This document shows, piece after piece, positions 58,707-64,000 of a DNA stretch of 64,000 bases. Numbering within the stretch: position 1 is the first letter of the stretch; every line of letters starts with the position of its first letter. Source of the stretch: Tissierellales bacterium (GTDB taxonomy: Bacteria > Bacillota > Clostridia > Tissierellales > JAOAQY01). Under the pieces are notes generated by a model, which ran no database searches, was not told the DNA's origin, and saw only the letters and a list, made by a program, of their open reading frames with translations. The position numbers and the translations under genes are program-made. The stretch lies in the NCBI GenBank assembly GCA_025210965.1, contig JAOAQY010000072.1, positions 9,837 to 73,836 of the forward strand. The letters run 5' to 3'.

Positions 58707-60353
58707 TTAGCCCTGTGTCATTATTATTTTTATATAGCCAAGAGGTGCATACATTAGAGTTGCGATGTATATGCTTGTCATAATTCCAACAACTAAACTC
58801 TCAACATAATCAGCTTCTTCATGAATTTTTTTTGTATAGTAATTCACTAGTCCTAGGCCTATTATCAAAATTATAGCTGGAACTAAAATACCCATATATC
58901 CATTCTTTAGCAAATCTGGTGCGTGTTTCAAGGTATTATATCCCATATACGTTGTCTTAAAATCATATATAAATATTAGTGAAAAACATCCATATAAAAG
59001 TCTAAATTTTAGTTTTTCATCCACTATTCTTTTTTTCGTAAATATAACTGCCATTAATGCTGCTGGCGCAATCATAAATATCACAACTTTGATCGTATTT
59101 ATAAATATATGCATAATAGAATACATAGGTGACAACATACCTTGCATAATTGCACCTTTTATAGACTCTTTTGGAATCTCTTTTTGAGCCATATACTTAG
59201 GACCATTTGAATTAATCTTTACATCGTAGCTTCCTGTATTTAATTCCTTTATCAACAAATAACTTCCCGACTCAGTCTCTATAACATCAGAAATCCTAGA
59301 ATATTCATAAGTAGTCGATGTCATCTCATAGTTTTCTATTTTCAAGTTTTGATTAATAGTCAAATCTACTATATCTGAAAATTTACTTAAATCATTTTCC
59401 AAATCTAAAGCTGCTAAAAATACATGTATTTTATTATCATATATAGCTATTTTATAATCTTTGTTTAATCTATCAATTCTGCTATTTTCACCATTTAACA
59501 GTTTAAGTTCATGATAACTCAATGTTTCTGGATTAATTTTTTTCAAATAGAAATCCCCTATATTGGAACTTTCTTTTTTACTAAGTTTTGAATAACTAAT
59601 ATACGTAGCCGAATCATTTGCAAGTGCATCTAATCTATATACTTTATCTCCTGCTAAAATGTCTATCTCATCAATTTTCTTATAACCACCACTCTCTTCT
59701 AATTTATCACTATAAAGATTAACCACATCATGCCTATAATTGTCAGGCTCTATTGTATATAATTCTATGGCTGAATCTCTCATAACAAAATCAAAATTTA
59801 TTGGCTTGTTTTCAAACGACATACTCGATAACTCTTTTGAATTTTTGTCTAATATTTTTATTTCATTTCCACTTAAATATCCAATGTAAACCTCATCATT
59901 TTTATAAAGATTAAATTTCTCAACTAAATCCTTTGTAACAATTTCTGGCTCTATCAAATCTTTTTGATCTAATATATTTGCCTTATACAAATTATCATTC
60001 TTTATATAATAAATACTTCCTGCTAAATACTGTACATCATACTTAAAAATAGATTTATCATAATTTAAAATCTTAGATTTTTCCATTGTATCATCTAATA
60101 TTTTTCCCTCATCTGATATTTTATAGACGAATACATCTCCATCTTGAGTTAATTTTATGTATTTCATTTCATCTAAATTTTCCAAAAATATTTGATCTTC
60201 TAAACTAACTTCATCAATTTTTTGTGGTTCTCCCCAAAGAAGTGATATTCTATCTCTAAGCAATGCATAATGGTAGCTAACATGAAACAACACTATTACT
60301 AGTGTAATTGCTAAAATCATGAAAGCCAATCTGCCTTTTCTAAATTGTGTCAT
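58707..60353 (-). CDS. Polytopic membrane protein of unknown function (N-terminal anchor, ectodomain of about 380 aa, C-terminal 4-5 TM bundle)
   Basis: ATG 60353 lies 8 nt after GGGGGTG. TM segment LAFMILAITLVIVLF. The ectodomain is long and Y/K/D/N-rich, probably beta-rich. The C-terminus is hydrophobic. No motif recognised. Confidence 0.5.
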   Translation of the reverse strand: MTQFRKGRLAFMILAITLVIVLFHVSYHYALLRDRISLLWGEPQKIDEVSLEDQIFLENLDEMKYIKLTQDGDVFVYKISDEGKILDDTMEKSKILNYDKSIFKYDVQYLAGSIYYIKNDNLYKANILDQKDLIEPEIVTKDLVEKFNLYKNDEVYIGYLSGNEIKILDKNSKELSSMSFENKPINFDFVMRDSAIELYTIEPDNYRHDVVNLYSDKLEESGGYKKIDEIDILAGDKVYRLDALANDSATYISYSKLSKKESSNIGDFYLKKINPETLSYHELKLLNGENSRIDRLNKDYKIAIYDNKIHVFLAALDLENDLSKFSDIVDLTINQNLKIENYEMTSTTYEYSRISDVIETESGSYLLIKELNTGSYDVKINSNGPKYMAQKEIPKESIKGAIMQGMLSPMYSIMHIFINTIKVVIFMIAPAALMAVIFTKKRIVDEKLKFRLLYGCFSLIFIYDFKTTYMGYNTLKHAPDLLKNGYMGILVPAIILIIGLGLVNYYTKKIHEEADYVESLVVGIMTSIYIATLMYAPLGYIKIIMTQG

Positions 60354-60454
60354 ATTCGCAACACCCCCTATATTTATTTTACCATATCTTAATAGCTTTT
60401 GATATTGCAGCATTCCTTAATATTTTTTAAGATTTTGTTCTCTTTGAATTAAAA

Positions 60455-60501
60455 AGGATACCTTGAAATAGCTTTTTATCCATTTCAAAGTATCCTCTTT
60501 T
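60455..60501. terminator. Hairpin terminator downstream of pepF
   Basis: AGGATACCTTGAAATA...CATTTCAAAGTATCCT imperfect stem with T-runs on both strands. Confidence 0.6.
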
Positions 60502-60592
60502 TAAAAGCAATTACTTATTTTCAATCTCGCTAACTATACGTAGCCAATATCTAACTACATCAATAGAAATAGCTCAGTGCTTAGAAAATATA

Positions 60593-62515
60593 TTAAGCAC
60601 TTTTTACATCTTTTTGAACACTTTTTTCTTGATTCTGTTTCTTTAACAATTCTTCCCATTGATTCACTAAATCGTTAAAATAAACTAAGATATTATCTAC
60701 AGCTTCAGTTTTTGACATATCCACTCCAGCTTTTTTTAGTATTTCAACTGGATAATCTGAACCTCCTGCCGCTAAGAATTCTAAATACTTATCTGTGGCA
60801 CCCTCTTTTTCATCCACAATATTCTTAACTAATTCATTCGCAGCTGAAATGCTAGTAGCATATTTGTATACATAGAAATTCATATAAAAATGTGGTATTC
60901 TACTCCAACCATATTTTGATGTCTCATCAAACGTATAGCTCTCACCATAGTATTTCTTCATTATATCCATCCATAAATTATTTAGCACCTCTGGAGACAA
61001 TGCTTTTCCAGCTTCAACCAATTCATGCGATTTTTGCTCAAACTCTGAAAACATAACTTGAGTATAAACAGTTCCTCTTATATTTTCAATTTGCTTGTTC
61101 AACAAGTAAAGCTTTTCATCATCACTCTTTGCATTCTTTATCAAATAATCCATAACAAGAAGCTCATTCGCTGTTGATGCAACTTCTGCTGTAAAAATAG
61201 AATAATCTGCATTTATATATGCTTGCTTTTTATCTGAATAAACAGAATTTAATGCATGACCCATTTCATGTGCTAATGTCAAAGCCGAATCTAGAGAATT
61301 GTCATAATTAAGTAAGATATATGGATGAACTCCGTATGGTCCCCAGTTATATCCACCTGTATATTTTTTATCATCTTCATACACATCTAACCAACGGCTC
61401 TCAATTCCTTCTTTAAACTGATTTAGATACTCTTCTCCCAAAGGTTTCAGCGCCTCAAGAATCATAGCTACAGCTTCATCATAAGTATACTCTAATTTAT
61501 AATCTTTTACCAAAGATACTGAATTATCGTAACCGTGTAATTCATCGTAGCCCAATACATCTTTTTTGACTGCGTAATATTTGTGTAAAGGTGCTAAATT
61601 TTTATTAACCGCATTTACCAAATTTTCATATATTTCTTTTGAGATATTTTCCGCAGCTAATGAAGATTCTAGAGCTGAGTTGTATCCTCTAGCTTTCGCA
61701 AAGAATATATTTTTCTTTATCTCACCAGCATAAGTCGCTGCTAAAGTATTATTAACTTTTTTATACGATTCTCCTCTAGCAAGTGCCGCCCTTTTACGAA
61801 AATCTCTATCATCAGACTCTAATATTTTTCTATAAGCTGAATTAGTAAGTACAATTTCTTTTCCTTCTTTATCTTTAACTTTTGCTTTTTGAAAATCAGC
61901 TAAAGTTACCTTATCAAATATATCATTTGGAGTTTCGCTCAGCTCTCCCGCTAATGCAAGTAGTGTTTCCTCTTTCTCGGATAAGATATGTTCTTTTTTC
62001 TTAATCAATGCATCTAAATGATGACTGTATACAGCTAATTTTTTATCTTTTTTCAAATTTTCTAATTTTTTAGAATCTAAGTTTAATATCTCTGGTGTAG
62101 TAAATGAAGTTGCTGCTAAATATTCATTATATACACCTGTTGCCATTCCAACTAGCTCTGTTGCAGTTGCATTTGACTGATCTAAGTCAGACATCAAATT
62201 AGGATACATGTATACTTTCTCTATTATATATGATGCTTCCTCATCCAATTTGAAATAATTAGCTAATTGAGTTGCTGAATTTAGTTTCCCCTTAAACGCC
62301 TTCAGCTTTGGAATATACTCTTCTCTTAATTTTTTCACATCTGATTTAAAATCTTCATTAGTCTTGTATATGTCTTCTAATTGCCACTTATATGCTTCTC
62401 CAACTTCTGCTCTCTTTGGAAGAGGTTTTTCTGCAAAAACTGCAGTTTGAGAAAATAACATTGATGCTGCCAAACTAAGTACTAATAACTTTTTTATGAT
62501 TTTATTCTTTTTCAT
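60593..62515 (-). CDS. pepF: Oligoendopeptidase F family (M3B), secreted or lipoprotein form
   Basis: Zn motif HEMGHAL. Length fits M3B. N-terminal signal sequence LLVLSLAASMLFSQTAVFA. Confidence 0.88.
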   Translation of the reverse strand: MKKNKIIKKLLVLSLAASMLFSQTAVFAEKPLPKRAEVGEAYKWQLEDIYKTNEDFKSDVKKLREEYIPKLKAFKGKLNSATQLANYFKLDEEASYIIEKVYMYPNLMSDLDQSNATATELVGMATGVYNEYLAATSFTTPEILNLDSKKLENLKKDKKLAVYSHHLDALIKKKEHILSEKEETLLALAGELSETPNDIFDKVTLADFQKAKVKDKEGKEIVLTNSAYRKILESDDRDFRKRAALARGESYKKVNNTLAATYAGEIKKNIFFAKARGYNSALESSLAAENISKEIYENLVNAVNKNLAPLHKYYAVKKDVLGYDELHGYDNSVSLVKDYKLEYTYDEAVAMILEALKPLGEEYLNQFKEGIESRWLDVYEDDKKYTGGYNWGPYGVHPYILLNYDNSLDSALTLAHEMGHALNSVYSDKKQAYINADYSIFTAEVASTANELLVMDYLIKNAKSDDEKLYLLNKQIENIRGTVYTQVMFSEFEQKSHELVEAGKALSPEVLNNLWMDIMKKYYGESYTFDETSKYGWSRIPHFYMNFYVYKYATSISAANELVKNIVDEKEGATDKYLEFLAAGGSDYPVEILKKAGVDMSKTEAVDNILVYFNDLVNQWEELLKKQNQEKSVQKDVKSA

Positions 62516-62643
62516 GTGAATTCCCCCTAATGTATTTTAAACTATGATAACATTTCTATTACTTTTTTGCAATATCTTATGGCATATTAAATAATCTTAA
62601 TATTTAGATTTTACGAAAGTATATTTATATATTGTTTTCAAAT

Positions 62644-62672
62644 TTGATTTCTTTCAAAATAAACTTTATAAT
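62644..62672 (+). promoter_or_regulatory. Sigma-A promoter for the ACT-domain gene
   Basis: TTGATT (62644-62649), 17-nt spacer, TATAAT (62667-62672). Confidence 0.65.
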
Positions 62673-62727
62673 TAGTATAGTAGAGTTAGCGCTCTGCAAT
62701 GTTAATCACAGAAGGAGTGTTTTGGTT

Positions 62728-63165
62728 ATGAAAAAAAAATACTTGGTTGTCGAAAAAAAAATATTGCCTGAAGCATTTGAAAAAGTAGTAATCGCAAAGA
62801 GACTGCTAGATTCTGGGCAAGCAGAAAACATTTCCCAAGCAGTCAAAATAGTCGGAATTAGCCGAAGCACATTTTACAAATATAAAGATAGTATATTTAC
62901 TCTAAGTGAAACAACTCACCACCAAAAAGTTTCTATCAATTTTAGATTGACTCACAACCCTGGCATTCTAAATGAAGTTCTATCATATATAGCAAGTCAA
63001 TCTGGTAATATAATAACTATTCATCAAGATATACCAATTCATGGGCATGCTTCAGTTTCTATAACTTTTGATATGACTCATCTTTCCATAGAGTTAGATG
63101 ATTTAATACAAGGCATAGCATCAATCGAAGGTGTTTCTGATGTAAATCTAATAGCGGTTGAGTAA
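62728..63165 (+). CDS. ACT-domain protein (UPF0735/PheB-like)
   Basis: ATG 62728 follows GAAGGAG. N-terminal segment AVKIVGISRSTFYKYKDS. C-terminal ACT fold (VSINFRLTHNPGILNEVLSYIA). Confidence 0.75.
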   Translation: MKKKYLVVEKKILPEAFEKVVIAKRLLDSGQAENISQAVKIVGISRSTFYKYKDSIFTLSETTHHQKVSINFRLTHNPGILNEVLSYIASQSGNIITIHQDIPIHGHASVSITFDMTHLSIELDDLIQGIASIEGVSDVNLIAVE

Positions 63166-63243
63166 CCTTTGCCATCACAAAACCTACTTACTCATCTCTC
63201 TCTTACATAAAGGAGAGAATTTTCTCGAAATAAATTTGTGCAC

Positions 63244-63286
63244 AAAAAAAGATTAGTCCTGTGTATTTAGGACTAATCTTTTTTAT
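63244..63286. terminator. Bidirectional intrinsic terminator
   Basis: AAGATTAGTCCT-N8-AGGACTAATCTT with flanking A- and T-runs. Confidence 0.85.
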
Positions 63287-64000
63287 TGCCATTCAAATGT
63301 TTTTTCTAAAAATCTTTTCAATGTATTGCTTTTGGGTTTACTAAAAATTTCTTTACTTTTACCATATTCTGCAATTTTACCATCTACTATAAACATAGTT
63401 TCATCACACGCTCTTTGTGCAAATCCCATTTCATGTGTAACAAGTATCAAATCTTGTTTTTCACTGTTCTTTAAGTCTCGCATCATATCTAGCACTTCAT
63501 TTGTAAGTTCTGGATCTAGTGCTGATGTAGGTTCATCTAAAAGCAAAAAATCAGAATCTAGAGCCAATGCCCTAGCTAAAGCGATCCTCTGTTTTTGTCC
63601 TCCAGATAGCTGATGAGGCTTTTTGTCTTTATGCTCTGATAGCTGAAATCTTTGCAATAAATCAAGAGCTTCATTTTCTGCCATATCTGCTTTTTTGTTA
63701 TGCACAACCCTCATTGGCAAAGTAATATTTTCAATAGCAGTCAGATGTGGAAATAGATTATAAGACTGAAAAACCATTCCAATAGACTTCCTATATTCTC
63801 TGATTGACTTCTCTTTATATTCTAATTTTGATCCATTTATCCAAATAGATCCTGAACTAGGCTTTTCTAGACCAGCAATAATTCTAAGTAGTGTTGACTT
63901 TCCTCCACCTGATGGTCCAATTATAGCAAGTGAACTAAGAGAATCCATCTCAAAATTTATATTGTCTAGTATAACCTTTCCCTGATAACTTTTAGTAAGA
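63283..64000 (-). CDS. Polar amino-acid ABC transporter ATP-binding protein (GlnQ-like), 5' end beyond the window
   Basis: GPSGGGKST, LSGGQKQR and FLLLDEPTSALD. The reading frame stays open upstream of the listed Met to position 64000 (LTKSYQGKVILDNINFEMDS). Confidence 0.9.
   Translation of the reverse strand, partial: LTKSYQGKVILDNINFEMDSLSSLAIIGPSGGGKSTLLRIIAGLEKPSSGSIWINGSKLEYKEKSIREYRKSIGMVFQSYNLFPHLTAIENITLPMRVVHNKKADMAENEALDLLQRFQLSEHKDKKPHQLSGGQKQRIALARALALDSDFLLLDEPTSALDPELTNEVLDMMRDLKNSEKQDLILVTHEMGFAQRACDETMFIVDGKIAEYGKSKEIFSKPKSNTLKRFLEKTFEWQ

Noticed and set aside
1-64000. Mobile elements, prophage, integrative island or toxin-antitoxin modules
   Set aside because: I recognised no integrase, transposase, recombinase, phage structural gene, terminal inverted repeat or flanking tRNA. 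Composition looks uniform by eye.

Overview
AT-rich, gene-dense chromosomal window that looks like a low-GC, strictly anaerobic and probably motile Firmicute (Clostridia/Tissierellia-like). That assignment is an inference from the four-subunit [FeFe]-hydrogenase operon, the T-box leader, the MCP and overall gene content. I support about 50 protein-coding genes, most on the minus strand. I found no rRNA, tRNA, transposase, integrase or CRISPR array. Most of the content is housekeeping or metabolic: prs, htpG, a cold-shock protein, a malate-utilisation module (CitA/DcuS-type two-component system, malic enzyme, 2-hydroxycarboxylate transporter), leuS behind a T-box, pepD, hndABCD-type hydrogenase, an MCP, potABCD with an XRE-cupin regulator, NfeD/SPFH, pncB, a VanY-type peptidase, phosphoglucomutase, pepF and an ACT-domain protein. 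RNA and regulatory elements read directly from the sequence are a cobalamin riboswitch at the left edge, a Leu T-box leader, several sigma-A promoters, a CIRCE-like repeat, a perfect 20-bp palindrome and many intrinsic terminators. Items worth a second look: (1) an 11.4-kb, eight-gene translationally coupled operon (19767-31139) joining an ABC-2 exporter module to a MoxR-DUF58-BatA/vWA module, with one member interrupted by an in-frame TGA; (2) a stand-alone Cas6-like gene with no CRISPR array or other cas genes in 64 kb; (3) an 'orange-protein'-like cluster of two NifX-type and two MinD/ferredoxin ATPase genes; (4) a PD-(D/E)XK nuclease fused to a DinG/XPD-type Fe-S helicase; (5) phased direct repeats and a perfect inverted repeat in the divergent control region of the large operon. 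All family assignments come from motif recognition by eye. No database search was run.
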